Shown: positions 32,346 to 48,133 of the stretch, in pieces
How positions within the stretch are numbered: the stretch's first letter is position 1
Layout: every line of letters starts with the position of its first letter
Origin: Bugula neritina
Lineage: Eukaryota; Animalia; Bryozoa
Direction of reading: 5' to 3'
Length of the DNA: 64,000 nt
NCBI GenBank assembly: GCA_964035545.1
Contig: OZ037773.1
Coordinates: 3,129,751 to 3,193,750 of the forward strand
The notes under the pieces: generated by a model
Database searches by the model: none
Told to the model about the DNA's origin: nothing
The model's input: only the letters and a program-made list of their open reading frames with translations
Program-made: the position numbers and the translations under genes

Positions 32346-32696
32346 CTCACTGCAATGATATTATATAAGCAGTTGTATATATTTTATACTATATATATAA
32401 ATATTTTGTTTTAATGCTAGTTTTAACTAATTTTTAATGATGAATAATATATTATATGCAATAATAACATATATATATAACAAAAAATATAATAAAAAAG
32501 TATTACATTAAAATATATATGTTGCTGTGTAGTTTTTTTCTGCTGTTGCGTGATCGCTAAAATTAGAAATCAATTACAATTGTAAGCTTTCCCTTTATTA
32601 TGTAAGAATATTATTATGCAGTTTCAATTCCGATAATTTTAGATGAACTTCAAAAATTTAAATAAGTTAGGTAAAATTGCATAAATTCAAATTAGG

Positions 32697-32806
<110 letters not shown>

Positions 32807-35800
32807 TTGCTGTTGTCATGCCTGGAGATGTGTATATCGTGGGATATATTAATTTCTTAATAAATAAAACAGAAGTTTCAAATTCTTCTTTAATTTAAGG
32901 TTTTTTATCATGCATTTCTATATTATAGAAAACATGATGTATAGAATACAATATGGTTACATATAAGACATTATGGCCATAATATATATAGAGAAAGCAG
33001 AATGATCATATATATGTTATAAAAGGCAATCTGACCATATATGTATATAGAAGATGCAATATATGATTGTATTTATATATAATACACTAATAGTTTCATT
33101 TATGGGTACAATATGATCATCTTATTATATATAGAGAAATGTTATAATTATCCAATATAAAATACAACAATGGTAAAGTATATTAAAAGGTATATTTTAA
33201 TATATTAAAATGTTTTTTATGTTATATTAAAAATATATATTATATTTTATATAATATATATTTTTAATATATATTATATAATATAATTTTATTATTAAAA
33301 ATATATATTATTATATAATATATATTTTTAATATATATTATATAATAATAATAATTTTAATATATATATATAAAATATATACATATATTAAAAATATTAT
33401 GTTATATTAAAATTAAATATTTATATATTTACATAGGTAAAGTATATTAAACCGATTACCCTAGGTAATGTAGATACTATAATTCACCAGTGAATTAAAA
33501 ATCTAACAGCTTGTATGAAGATTTCTTATGGGAATTCTGAGAGAACATAACTTCTACATCTTGACTTTAGAACTCCCAGTCTATACACTCTTGTATAATG
33601 CAGCACATGTATTACCAGTATATATAGTAAAGAAGAAAGCAATTATAACAGATTCTCTTGATAATTATGAGACACTCTAAGCATATAAAATAACTTTTAA
33701 AACAGTGGTATGTTATATGTATAATTATATATTATATTTTAATATCAATGATAATATCTGTATTTGTTATGCATATTGATATAATATTAGAGTGCATTTA
33801 TAGCTTGTGGGTTTTTTATTATAGCATATGACTATATTACATTGTTTTAAAAATGAGAACTGCAATAGTTATAAATTCTCTGATTTCTGTATACAATTAT
33901 ACAAGCTTCAACAGATATAAAAACCTGTATAATTTATATGCACAGTGTTGTCTGTATAAGTATTGTATCATTCACTCCACTACAATAACAATACTAAAGT
34001 TCTAATATTCAATGCATGCAGTAGCTTGTTTTGTTTGTGGATAGTTGTTTATTCATATGAATTTATTTTCTAGTTTATTTATACAAGAATAACCAAAAAA
34101 ATGTGACGCTATATAATATATTGTATTCATTATGTGCATACATGTATAAAAATAAGTTATATTTTGTGTAGCTAACTTGAATATTTCATAAGTGCTTAAT
34201 ATATAGGCAAAATGTTAGTAGTATAGCTGTATATACTTAAGGTATAGGTATGCATGTATAAGTTTCAATTATTGACAATATGCATACTAATCAGCAATTA
34301 TTAATAATATTGATAGGAATAACAAGACTTTCTGATCGACTACTTAGTCACAAGTCATTCCTATTGCTCTCTCCAGACTATGGCTTCATGTTTACATAGA
34401 AGTTGATGTGATTGGTATCTCATAACCATCCTGATCTTCTGACTGGGAGACTCTAATCTGATTCATACTATGTTTTTGGGAGTTGTCAATACACTCATAG
34501 CTATGGTCTTCAGTTCCAGTGACTGACAACTCCTCATATGTAGAAGGAACTGTGGTAGTTGGAGTCTGTGGCATTTTTCCTTAAAATAAGTTTATTTATA
34601 TTTTGAACATTAATAGAATAAGAAGTGACTTAACTTCGGTGTCACTATAGTAGAAACTATTAAGCAGTGGTTCTATGTTAAAGCTAGGTAAAGGAACACT
34701 GTTATAGTATAAAATCACCAAAAGAAGTCTAAGAGCAATGCTTTGTTAAGTATATAAAATTTGGCTCCTGATTAGCCAAGAAAACACTAAAATATTATAA
34801 ATTAGTTATAAACTTGTGAGTAATATGATTGAGCATGTTTCTACAGTATTACATAATTCATGCAATAAAGTCGCTATGAGTTAGCAGTTTATTCAAATTA
34901 TGTAATCTAAATTAATTGTATTACAAAATTCTAATACAGGCTGCTGTTATGAATAGATGCTGCTAATCAAAGACTGTCTAAGGTTGTTTACTGACTTTAT
35001 TATAGTCCACAAAAATACGCATTTATGAAGTGTATATGTAACATAATGTTCACCTTTTGACTTTCTTTTGTTATAGATGGCAACTACGACTACAGTTATT
35101 AACACTCCACTCAGAGTACCAACGAACCCTCCTATCAAGGCTCCATTATTAACTGGCTTCCTTGTAGATGTAGTGGTAGAAGTTGTAGTAGGCAGCAATG
35201 AGGATATGTTGGCAGCATTATCCCATGCTATATTCCACTTTATGGTAACTGAATTTGCTGAAACACATTAAAAATTCAAGTACTTTTTCCGAGAATATTC
35301 TTTTGATAAAACACTCGTACAATTATAATTGTTTAGCATTATAATTAGCTAGTATTGCTTTATAATTATTTCAAAATAATTATAAGACAATACTAGCTGT
35401 GATCCAATTATAAAAACGTAGGAAAATTATTACAATTGAGGCAATGACTATAAAGCACATGATAAATATTTTAAATTTAATTACATACATAAACCATTTT
35501 CAGGCGTACATTCAACTGTTTCTGTTACACCATTTGTTTGAGAGCTCAAAGCTAGCTCATTAGATAGTTCTATCATTAGTACTCCATTGTATTTCCAAAA
35601 AAAGGCAGAAGGTGTTGGGTTAGCATCCACATATTGGCTACAATCTAATTTAACATCATGTTGTAGAGGGTTAAACTTTTTCACAATTGGATTTTGAACA
35701 CCAGGTTTTCTAGTCAAGTCTACAAAACGTAAGCATATCAGTTTTGACGTTATTAAATATACCAGGGGTTTTACATTTAAAATATGAACGTGAGTTTGCG

Positions 35801-36083
35801 TATAAATGTACGGAAAGTGAAGGGCTAATGATACTCACATGGTGATTTGATGGTAGCAGTTTGTTCAGTGTTTTCTCCCTTCCAGTTAGAATGTTCTGTA
35901 TCTGTAGAAGATAATGTTAGTCCAGCTCTATAAACTTAACATTATTACAACACAATGTAAGTTTAACCTTACAATATTTTTTGCAATATGGCAACATTGT
36001 TAAGCAATGTTCTACTGTTTATACGTATTTTTAAATAACTGGATGCATATATCACAGTAACACAGAGACAGAATGTTTTATAT

Positions 36084-38151
36084 GGCCTCGACCGAGGAGC
36101 AGGCTCTTGAGGGCGTCACCCAACATTCTGTTGTTCCGCTCGGCGACTCCGTTCCCTTGCGGGTGATATGGGGTGGTCCGACTCTGGTTCACCTCCCATA
36201 TCCGGCAGAGGTCTCCCATGAGCTGGGACTGGAACTGGGCACCCTGGTCTGTATGTATCTATTCAGGTGACCCGAGGTAGCAGAATACATTTTGCTCCAG
36301 GGCCTGGGCCACCGTGCGGGCCGATGCGTCTGGAATAGCCAGAGCATCTGCCTACCGGGTGAAGTAGTCCGTGAGCACCAGTATCCAGGTGTTCCCTCTG
36401 GCATAGGCATAGGCCCAACGAGGTCTACCGCCACTACTTGCCACAGTCGACCAGCGTATAGCCAGCGTCGACCATTGGTTTCCGTGGGGCGGCGATGCTT
36501 ACTAGCTTGGCAGATCTCGCACTGCCGTACCCGCAGTCGTACATCCCGAGTCATTCCGGGCCAATACCAACGCAGCCGCATGCACCTGATGACCCGACTG
36601 GCTTCAGCATGAGCCTGTTTATGGGTGTCCCAAATCAGTTCCCGTCGGAGGGCGCGTGGACAGATGACGCGGTCCCTCTCCTGCTGACGGTTGTCTGCGG
36701 CTAACGTCATCATCGGAAGACCATCTAGACTGACCTTGAGGGAATCTCAGCAACAACAGAAAAGTTGGACCTCCCTGCCGCTGCTGTTCCTCGCTAGGTT
36801 GTCAGCCCTCCTTCTTGGCCCGGAATATGTCCGCTACTGCCCCTGGTAGCGTCTCCTGGAGTCGGCACAGATCCTTGACATTCTGGTACAGAGTGGGGTT
36901 AGCACGAAGTGCCTGGATGTCCTCAGAGTGGGTTTCGGTCCGAAGATGGCCGTGCTCCCACTGATAGACGGCGCCCTCCCCTAACTCCGTTTCCACGTCA
37001 AGGCGAGCGGGTCCCCTGTCCGGTCTCTATATGCAGGCATTGCTTGCAGTCCTCTACCGGCCGACGATTCATGCCGTCGGCGTTCCCGTGCTTCCAGCCA
37101 GCACGGTGCTCTATCCGGTAAGAGAACGCGGCAAATATCTCCAGCCAACGAGCTACCTGGCTTGAGGGCTCCGCACGTTTACACAGCCATATCAGTGACG
37201 CATGGTCTGTTCGCAATCGGAACGTTCTCCCATACAGATATGGTCGAAAGTGCTTGACCGCCTTGACTACTGCTAGGAGCTCCTTCCTAGTGGTGCAATA
37301 GTTCTTCTCGGCAGCCGCGAGAGTCTTGCTATAGTAAGCTACAACCACCTCACTTCCACCCTGGACTTGGGACAGAACAGCTCCCACATTGTGGTCACTG
37401 GCGTCTGTGTCCAGGATGTACTCCTTGGCTGGGTCAGGATACGCCAGAATTGGCGCCTCCATTAGCCGTTGCTTGAGGTGGTCAAACGCCTGCTGCTCCT
37501 CCTGTGCCCACTGCTACCGGACCCCCTTGGCAGTCAGCCGATTTAACGGCTGAGCCATCCCTGCAAAGCCAGGTTTGTACTGCCGGTAGTGCCCTACTAG
37601 GCCCAGGAATGCACGCAACTCAGGGAGATCGCGGGGGACAGCCCACTTCTTCACAGCCTGTACTTTCTCTGAGTCAGTAGCGACCCTATCACGGCCAACA
37701 ACGTGGCCCAGGTACGTAACCTTCGGCTGTAAGAGTGCACACTTGAAAGGCTTCAGCTTCAGTCCAGCTGCCCGAAGACGGTCAAAGACCTCCCGCAGAC
37801 GACTGACATGAGTCGCAAAGTTGGGAGATTACAATGACGTCGTCCAGATAGATCAGAAGGGTCTTCCAGTGTAAACCACTGAAGACCTGCTCCATGAGTT
37901 GTTGGAAAGTTGCCGGGGCAGACGTAAGCTCGAATGGCAGTACTTTTCACTTTCAGAGCCCATCACGAGTAATGAATGCTGCTTTGTCCTGAGCATCAGG
38001 GCTGAGGGGCACTTGTCAGTATCCGCTAAGTAGATCCAAAGTACTAAAGTACTTGCTACCCGCGAGGGCATCCAGAGACTTATCTATCCGTGGGAGAGGG
38101 TAGGCGTCCTGGATGGTAACGCTGTTGAGTTTGCGTTAGTCCAACACAGAA
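36084..38151 (-). mobile_element. pol: Degenerate Ty3/Gypsy pol fragment (RT, RNase H, integrase)
   Basis: DAYPLPRID, IYLDDVI, YLGHVVG, APILAYPD..ILDTDASD..GAVLSQ..YCTTRKELLAVV..LRTDH, H..AH..WYWPGM..CEICQ and TTPYHPQGNGVAERNNR; many frameshifts; GC-rich; no LTR seen. Confidence 0.92.
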
Positions 38152-38467
38152 CTCAGATTAGTATAACCAGATGCTTCAAATGTGAAAGTTATCTTCTCAT
38201 CTTTATGGAAATCTGGTGAACTTGTAGTACTGTAGCCTATCTCTGTAGAAGGCTGTGCTGGAGATATATTATAATACTCTAAGTTACGCACTACTTTATA
38301 TTACTTGTAATTATTTTCTATTTGAAGGAGCCGATATCACCTTGCTGTAGCGTTATGTTTGATAGACACAGAAAGATGGTAAGATGCTGCAAAAACAGAG
38401 TGCTGCAGAAAGCTGCCATCAAGCCTCAAGCATATGTAGAACAGTCATTGTAAAATCTACCGACTAC

Positions 38468-38863
<396 letters not shown>

Positions 38864-40259
38864 ACAATACCAATATAATTATGCTGTTGAAGGTAAATTA
38901 TTTCGTGATTTTAAAATATTTGCATTGTGTTATCAGATTCAATAAAAAAAACTATTGCAAACGCTAGTTGGTAAATATTGATAACCTTCTACACATCCTA
39001 CAAAAAGAGTTTTAAATCTAGAGCCGGAAAATTATGAAACAATATATTATATAATAAGGCAATCAGCATATAAATTGCTACCTATAGCAATGAGCACTGA
39101 TTTGCTATAATACTGCTTGCCAATATATACAACCATTATAATGTATACAAATTATAATTATATTAAATTGTAATAATATAGATCGAGTATAGAACAATTG
39201 TTACCTGCAGCGTAGATAGATAAGCAGACCAAACAATACAGGAAGTGGTAGTAGCACATCATCTCACTATAACATAGTACACATAGTAATTACAATTTTA
39301 CAATAATTTCATAGTTTATGATATTTTTTCATTTTATTTAAATATTTTAAGTTAGTTTTGAATATCATTCCCTTCATTTAGTTTTTTAACTGCTGATTGC
39401 TAACATCATAATTCAAGTATATAACTTAACTCTATATTCTATCAATAAATTATATTCACAATACAAATAACGGTTGCAGCAAAAAAGTTCCCAGTGTAAT
39501 TTACTATTCTAACTACTCTAACTTAAGAGTCATATGTATATTTGTCAATTCTGAAGTTTTCAAAAACACTAATTTCTATAAATAGATTTTTCTCTAGCAG
39601 TGAATTTGCGGTAAATATACAAAACTAATTGTACGTGAATGCAGGGAGGATATAACTTCTATTACCTTCAGTTTATTTCTGCATACATATATTATCAGTA
39701 TGTGACAAGTATTTATTAATTGCCATTGTTAAATTGAAGTGTGTCAACTAAACTACTTCCAACTATAGAACTGATGCTGTTATAAGCACATATATGGTTT
39801 TATAACAATAATTAGCAACAAGTTCAATATAAGATCGCTCATAGAGACTTTACTTATAGGTAACATTGTAGTATGTTGAATAAATTGAATTTTTTTTAAT
39901 CCAAAAGACGATTCTATATTTCTTTGTATCCTAATGTTGAAACGAAATAGTACAGTATATTCAATAAAGAAATCTCAGGAAGCGATATTATATTAGGGTA
40001 TAGGGGCACACGGGTGTATTTTAGCAAACGAAAATATGCACCACAAGTAAAAAAAGTTTTTACTGTACATAATTATGCCCATGTCAGATTACAGTCAAAA
40101 CCCAACTGTGAACGCGTTTTTGAGACTGAGCGTTGCACTCTGTGACGTCACAACTGTCTGATTTCTGAACGCCACTGTCAATTTTTTATGATGCATTCAG
40201 CATTTGATATGTCAAATGCTTAATTTTTGCGCTTAGTGATCATTCATTTACTGACTTGA

Positions 40260-43200
40260 TTAGGAGGATTAACTGGGGCGCGCGCGCCCATCGTTCATAG
40301 CTTCTAACCGGTTTACTTTCCTCCGCAGTGAGAATAAACCCTTCGTACACTGCTGCAATCGCCTGTGTAGCCGATGGACTTTATCCTCATGAGTGCAGGA
40401 TTGGGAAAAAATGTTGCAGGGAGGGAGGTAAAATTGGTTGGGCGAGGAATGGTATGTGGAGTTTAGGGGAAAGTGCTGATGAGTCGGGAAGTAGTGTTGG
40501 AGGATCGTGAGGTAGGGTTAGTGCTAGAGGGTTGGGAGTTAATGGTTGACGTTCAGGAGATAGTACTGGAAAGTCGAGAGGGTCGGGGTCTTTTCCGTAT
40601 TAGGGAAACTTGAGTGGGGTCCAGCACAGGGTTGTTGTTTACTCTGACCAGCACAACCTAAAGAGGTTGGGTGGCTACTGGCTGGCTGGCTGTCGTGAAT
40701 TCCTTGACATCTGTGTCCTCTCTCACTAGGGACACGTCAAAAACCCCTGGATGAGAGCTGCTCGCTTGCGGGGTCCCCGAGGTGGGGCATGATGAGGTCG
40801 CGGAACTCCGGGAATGTGGTTTCATCAACCACAAATGTCCTACCCACTTGGCAATGAGCTATGCGCTGGTGGCGCAGCACATAGTCCCGCTGGTAGGAGT
40901 ACTCCCCACACTGGCAAAAGACATTGGCATAGTGTTAGGGGCAAGAACCCTCAGTCGCCGAACAATGGAAAAAAAATTTTCTGCATTGGCGACACTTGAG
41001 ATTGCCCGTTTCACCACGCGCTCTGCCAATTCAGAGCCAGGCTTCTTTTGTGATTCAGTGTTGATAGGTGGCCACCATTTTAGGCAGCCTCCATCCATGG
41101 ACGTTTTTGCCAATCTGTACCGCTCCGCCGTCCAAGATAACCTGCTCTTTCTTCGCAGGTAGTTGTACTTCTTTGGGTTTTGAAATAGGCTCCACTAGAG
41201 TGACAGGATGTTGCTCATCAAGTTTGGGGGAATCCTACAGGCCGGTGGCAGCTGAACCAGGGTTTCTAGTGAAAAAGGGGCCGAGCTGACTCGCCCCGGT
41301 TTCAGTAAAGTCTGTCAGATTATCTGGAACAGTAAAGACAGGCTGTGACTGTCCGATTGTACTACTGCCGAAATTTGGCATTTGCCTATACAGTGCTCTA
41401 ACAGCCAGAATTTCAGGTAAATTTAAGATTGCTGCCAACCCCATGTCCTGATTCGACAAGTTGTCCAAGGAAGATTCGTCTCCTAATTTCATGTGGAATT
41501 CTATAAGTAGGGTGGTTTCAACCCAATTGATTAAAGAAGATTGATTAAAAGTTGGGCTAAACTCCGAGAATGGAGAGTCAAGTCTTAAAAAAATACCTGA
41601 CTGATCGTGGTTGTCCGACGTTTCTGGTAAAGTTATTCCCATTTTATATTGTTGAGGAGTTGAAATTGTGCGTCTCTTTGCGACTGAAGTAAGAGTTAAA
41701 ATGATTAAACCTTGTGGCGTCAGATTTTCATATGACAACCCTTCGGTCACATGCTCGGTCAGTTTCTCTGACGATCTTCAGTAGGGTAACTTTACATGTT
41801 GGACCTCTTCCAATTTTTGGCCCGCGTTTTCAACTCTCTCAAGAGAACCTTTCCATCTTATGAGGCGTTTGTCCACGTGAAGGTCAAAGTATATACCTGT
41901 ACCAAGTGCACAACTCTTTGGTAGGGGTGTTCCCATGTACCCCACGTAGTAATCAGCCAGATATCCTGAGAATTTCCTGCTTTTTTGCTGTCTCTCCAAG
42001 TTGATAGACACTGGTGCATCAGCTTTTCTGGTGGTTTTGGCAAAGGGAGGTGTTTCACCATTGTTCTCTCCAGTCGTGGAGACATCTTCTACCTCTGGGG
42101 CCGCTGAGATTGGCCCTGGGGCTAGCTGACCTAAGGATCTAGAAGAAAGAGGAGGGTCAGGTGTTTTGTCAGGTGTACTGTCAGGCTCATCAGGATCACA
42201 AACAATTATTTCCCACTCTCTAGGTCAGGCTACCCATCCTCTGGACATGGGCCAACAGGTTGGCTCCAGGAGCGGGGATGCTTGGCCTGTAGCCTCCGGG
42301 CTACTATAGTATAGTTTTAACCGTTGCTCGTTCTGAACCAAAATTTTTGTCTTGAGTGTTTCATGCAATATGTGTGGTTGGGTAAGACCTCCACTAGACA
42401 GGAGGGCCCCATGAACTTGGGCTGCAGTTTAGCCAACTGTCTGCAACGCCTACGGTAGCTAACCATTCATACCCAGTATCCTACATGTATAAGGGGAGTT
42501 CTTCTGAGTCCTCCGTTCTCACTCTCCACTGTTTTTTTCAGAGAGCATTGTAAACCTCCTCCATAGTATTTATCAACTTCCCTACATACTCGTGTACTGG
42601 GGACTTGGGTGCTAGAACGTAGTAGTTTAGGTGTTCTGGAACCCGGGTCTCTCGATCAAGCATCAAGAGGTTTGAGGTCTCCTGTGTGCTAGAGTGTAAT
42701 GTGCTACAGTAGGCCCCCATGATTTGAGACAACACCACATCCTTTTCCTCTTGACTCCGGCCTAAGATCAGGCTTCTGAGGGCGTCACCTAACATACGAT
42801 TGTTCCTTTCCACAACTCCGTTCTCTTGCGTGTGGTATGGGGTAGTCTGATTATGGTTCACCCCCGTATCTGGCAAAGGTCTTCCATTAGTTAAGACTAG
42901 AACTAGGCACCCTGGTCAAAGTGGGTCTGTTCGAGTAGTCCAAAGCAGCAGAACACACTCTGATCCAAAGCTCGAGCCACTGTAGGAGCTGATGCATATG
43001 TGATATCCAAGGCAACTGCCCAACGAGTGAAGTGGTCCGTGGGCACCAGTATCCAGTTGTTCCTTTGGCGAATAACAGCATTGGTCTGACTAGGTCAAAT
43101 ACTACTACCTGCCACGGTCGACCAGCGTACAGCTAACGCCGACCGGTGGTTTACTTAGGGCGGCCATGCTTGCTAGCCTGACAGACCTCGCACTGCCGCA

Positions 43201-44320
43201 TCCGCAGTTGCACATCTCGAGTCAATCCGGGCCGGTACCAATAAAGCTGTAGACACCTGATGACCCGAATGGCTCCAGAATAGGCCTGTTTATGGGTGTC
43301 TGACATCAACTCCTATCAGAGAGTGTGTGGACATACGACGTGTTCCTTTTTCTGGTGACGGTTGCCTGCTGCCAATGGTATAGTAAGAAGGCCATCTGAG
43401 TTAACCTTGAGAGAATCTCAGCTGCGACAGAAATGTCGGAACTCGACATTACACTGCTGCTTCTGCTTTCCAGTAAGTCGGTGACCCTTCTTCTTAAACC
43501 AGAATATGTCAGCTACTGCCCCTGATAGTGTCTCCTGGAGCCGGTACAATTTCTTGACGTTTTGGTACAAAGTGGAGTTGGCCCGGAGAGCATTGACGGT
43601 GTCTGATTGGGTTTCGAGTCGAAAATGACCATCCTCCCAACTATTGACGTCACTGCCCCAACTTTTCCTTTACGTCCAGGTGAGCGAGTCTCCCCCTCTC
43701 GTCTCTCAATGTGCCAGCGCTGCTTACAGTCCTCCCCGGGCCGGCAGCTCATGTCATCAGCATTCCCATGCTTTTTCCCAGCACAGTGTTCTATTCGGTA
43801 AAAAACTCAACAAGGATCTCCAGCCAGTGAGCTACCTAACTGGAAGGCTTAGCACGTTTGCACAGCTATATCATTGATGTATGGTCAGTTCTCAACCTGT
43901 ATGCTCTTCTATACAGATATGGCCGGAAGTGCTTGATTGCTTTGACTACTGCTAGGAGCTCTTTTCTGATGGTGCAGTAGCTTTTCTCAGCACTCGACAG
44001 AGTCTTGCTGTAGTAAGCCATTACCACCTCTGTTCCACTCTGGACCTGGTGCAGGACAGCCCCCACACTGTGGTCACTAGTGTCAGTGTCCAAGATGTAC
44101 TTTTCAGATGTGTCAAAATACGCCAAGATAGGCACCTCCATTAGCCAATTCTTGAGGTGGTCGAAGGCCTGCTGCTCCTCCTGTGTCCACTGCCATCAAA
44201 CTCCCTTGGCGGTTAGCCAATTCAAAGGCTGAGCCACTCCTGCAAGCCCTTGTATATACTGCCTATAGTACCCTACCAGGCTCAGGAATGCCGGCAAATC
44301 AAAGAGGTCTGGGGGGGGAC
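40260..44320 (-). mobile_element. pol: Second degenerate Ty3/Gypsy fragment (RNase H, integrase, extended 3' region)
   Basis: VPILAYFD..ILDTDTSD..RKELLAVVKAIKHFRPYL, TTPYHTQENGVVERNNRMLGDAL and the pol-end motif RKFSGYLADYYV. It is related to, but diverged from, 36084-38151, and lies in a ~4.6-kb insert (~39995-44590) absent from the paralogous upstream regions. Confidence 0.85.
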
Positions 44321-46089
44321 AGTTTATAGTTCAGTTTCAACTGTGGTCTGACAGCTTTGAAATTTCGTAATTTGCTAAACATGTAAAATGTGTTTGTTTG
44401 TAATTTGTAGCACTAAAGAAAAATGGGTTTGCTAAATAAGCCAGCCAATTAAATAATTATGACAGAAAATATTCGAACTTGTTGTTCAGCAATCTCAACG
44501 CATGAACTTCGTGTACAGTATGCACACATTTTTTACTTGAGCTGCAAATTTTTGTTTGGGAAAATATGCAAGCTGTGGCTTCATGCTTAGACTTTTGATT
44601 GCTTGGGCTATCTAAACAAATAGCATGTGCGTGACTCCTTCACTAGAAGTTTCACACATGCTTTAATAACACTAGTTGTTATCACACATGCTTTCCGGCA
44701 AACTGCCTTAAAAAGTTTGATTAATCTGTAAATACTATAACCAATCTTTTTATAAATTGTAGGCTGTTTATAATTTTTTATATAACCCACATAGTTTTTT
44801 TCTTATCACTTCAGCTCTACAAGAAGTACTAAATCTATATAGATTGTTAGATATGATAAAGCAGCATTCAGTGAAATAAAGCTCCGCCACAAAGCCGTAT
44901 ATATTATAGTATTTGTAGTATTTTATGTACTTACATATATATTCACCAGATTTGGTATTGAAACAGTAAAATTTGGAGGTAAAGTAGTTGGCTACAAGAG
45001 TCAGTATAACTCATCTTTATAACAAACTTATCAACTGTGAACTGTATAATGAATCTACCGTTTTAGTACCACATAGTGTAGTTACTATAATATATACTTT
45101 TTGGTTTGGATACTATTATATAATAATAATTATTCCTACTATAATTAGTAGTGTTTTATACTCACAATGTTTCTTGTCAACTTAGTATCAATTTGCTGAC
45201 CTTTGACTTACATCACATATTCTAAAGCTGTATGAGAAACATAATATCTGCTGCTTGGGGCTATAAAGAGAAATTTAATTTCAATATCCCATCTTTAAAC
45301 GCAACCCACATTCTTATACACTTATAGTAGAGTGAAAACTAGTCTTTGCTAAAACTAAACAAATTAATACAATGGCATGAGACTATCAAAACTATCCTGA
45401 AGTTTCTATTGGCTATAATCAGAGTGTATTGTTAACTGAACAATGTACATATTGAATAGACATACTTAACTTCCTTGTTGCTTGGCTATATACAGTGTTA
45501 GCTAGTATTTACAGAATAGTACTAACTACTGTACACTTTAAAAGAATGGATAACTCTGATAACTATGCATATTATAATACGTTCACTGCAACAAATTAGG
45601 GAATTAGTCTGTCTTGGCCTAAAAGTTGTTAAATCATTTGCAATATCACTTTTCATAAAGTGATGAATCTTAGAACAAATGTTGGTAAGTGTTTTTATAA
45701 AAGCATGAAATAGTTTATGGTATTATATATGTAATGTAATAGGTATATGCGCAGTTAAAATGTTCTTGGTAAACAACATTGGAAAACAACTTGATCCTAG
45801 TTTATTAATAGTTATTGTTAGATTCTGCAGGACTGTTTTAAGAAGTGCAACTTTGAAACCATTGAGTGTGCAGCTATAGAAGGTGAAATAACAACAATCT
45901 TTAAACAAGCTTAGGCTATATTGATGCGAATATATGTACAAAGAATTTTGATTTTTCCATAAAAATTTTTTTTGAGTAAAATGCACTTTTTAGACATCAT
46001 GACAAATCCATGAGCCTATTAAGAGTTGAATGATAAGGTTACAGGTTATGATAGATATTCTCACGTATACAACATATTAGGTTTTTGTA

Positions 46090-46680
46090 TCAGTTACAGT
46101 GAGTTGTACAGAAAGAGTGAACCCTTCTGGTTGGAATTACATTCTGCATGACTGACTCCAGTTCCTTTTATTCCAGAGACAGCAATAATGTCTGGAAATA
46201 ATGAAGCAACCCATACCTTTCACTTTCACTACCTGGAATACATCCAGTGCTGTAGATTGTACTGTCTCCATTACCTTCAGATCGTAACCGTAAAAATCTC
46301 AGATTAGTATAACCAGATGCTTCACCTGTGAAAGTTATCTTCTCATCTTTATAGTAATCTGGGGAAGTTCTAGTACTGTAGTCTATCTCTGTTATAGATG
46401 GCTGTCCTGGAGATATCTTATAATACTTCAATTGTTACACAATACCTCTAATACTGTGCACCGATGTATTTTCAAAATAGTTCGCCTATAACATGTAAAA
46501 AAAAATTTATGCAAAAAGGATAATTATATAGACCTTATTGTATACCTGTTACCTGATTTCAAGACATGGTAACAGGTAACGGTAAATGATATGGACCAAT
46601 TAAAAGCAAGTTTTACTTGATGTATTGGTAGATAAGTAGATTAGACAACACTGCGCAAGAAGTAGTAGCATCTCGATCAT
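46090..46680 (-). pseudogene. Leader exon plus a truncated, frameshifted V-like exon
   Basis: Leader 46617-46680 (MIEMLLLLAQCCLIYLSTNTS). V exon 46406 to ~46090 has Cys->Gly, the same -1 frameshift (ERYGLLHYFQT) as 31592-32005, and a truncation at a duplication junction. Confidence 0.82.
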
Positions 46681-47687
46681 CTCCCTGCATGCAATAATAC
46701 TATAAGCATGCAGTAGTATATATATTTTTTGCACTATATATATACTAATATATTGTTTTAATACAAGTTTTAACCTATTTTCAATGATGAATATATGCAG
46801 CAAGCACCTATAACAAAATCAATACTATAATAAAAAATTCCTATGTTGTATCATTATAAATATGTTGTAGTTTTTTCAGCTGTTGCATGATTGCTACGAA
46901 ATTAAAAATCAATGGGATATAAATTTATTAATAAATTCACTAAGAGTCTCATTCTTCCTTAATTTTAAGAGTTTTATCTTTTATATAAATTATAGAAGAC
47001 ATGATAATGTATATAGAAGACAATATGATTCTATATAAAAACAATATGATTCTATATTATCAGATGCTGCATGTGAGCATATAATATAATGATCAACATG
47101 TTAAAACAGCGGTATTATTATATGCACTTTTGAAACAGCGGTGTTATATGTATATATATTTTATTATTACCCAGCGCATCACCGTTAATATCTGTATTTG
47201 TTATGCACGGACCTATAATTTAGAGTATGTTTCACTCGTGGGTTTTTTATTATAGCATATGGCTATATTACATTGTTATAAAATTGAGAACTTTAATAAG
47301 TATAAATTATCTAATTTCTGTATACAATTATACAAGTTTTAACAGGTATAAAAACCTGTATATATGCACGCTGCTGTCTGTATAAGTATTGCATCACTCA
47401 CTCCACTACAATAACAATGAAATGATTCCCCTTTTTTTTTCAAAAATAACAATCACAAGAATAACTAACTATAAGATTTTGAATATTCAATGCATGCAGT
47501 AGCTTGTTTTATTTGTGGACAATTGCTGATTCATATGAATATATTTTCTAGTTTATTTATACAAGAATAACCAAAGAAGTGTGAGATTATATAATTTATT
47601 TATTATGTTGTGCATACATGTATAAAAAAAAGTATATTTTGTATACTTGAATATTTCATAAATGCTCAATAGATAGGCTATATAGTG

Positions 47688-47987
<300 letters not shown>

Positions 47988-48133
47988 GGTATAGGTCTGT
48001 TTGTGTTTGTTTTATACACATTAAACATATGCATACTAATCAGCAATCATTAATAATATTGCAAAGAAAAACACATTATTTTGATCGATTACTTGTAGTC
48101 ACAAGTCATCTTCATTCCTTTTCCTCCCCCAGA

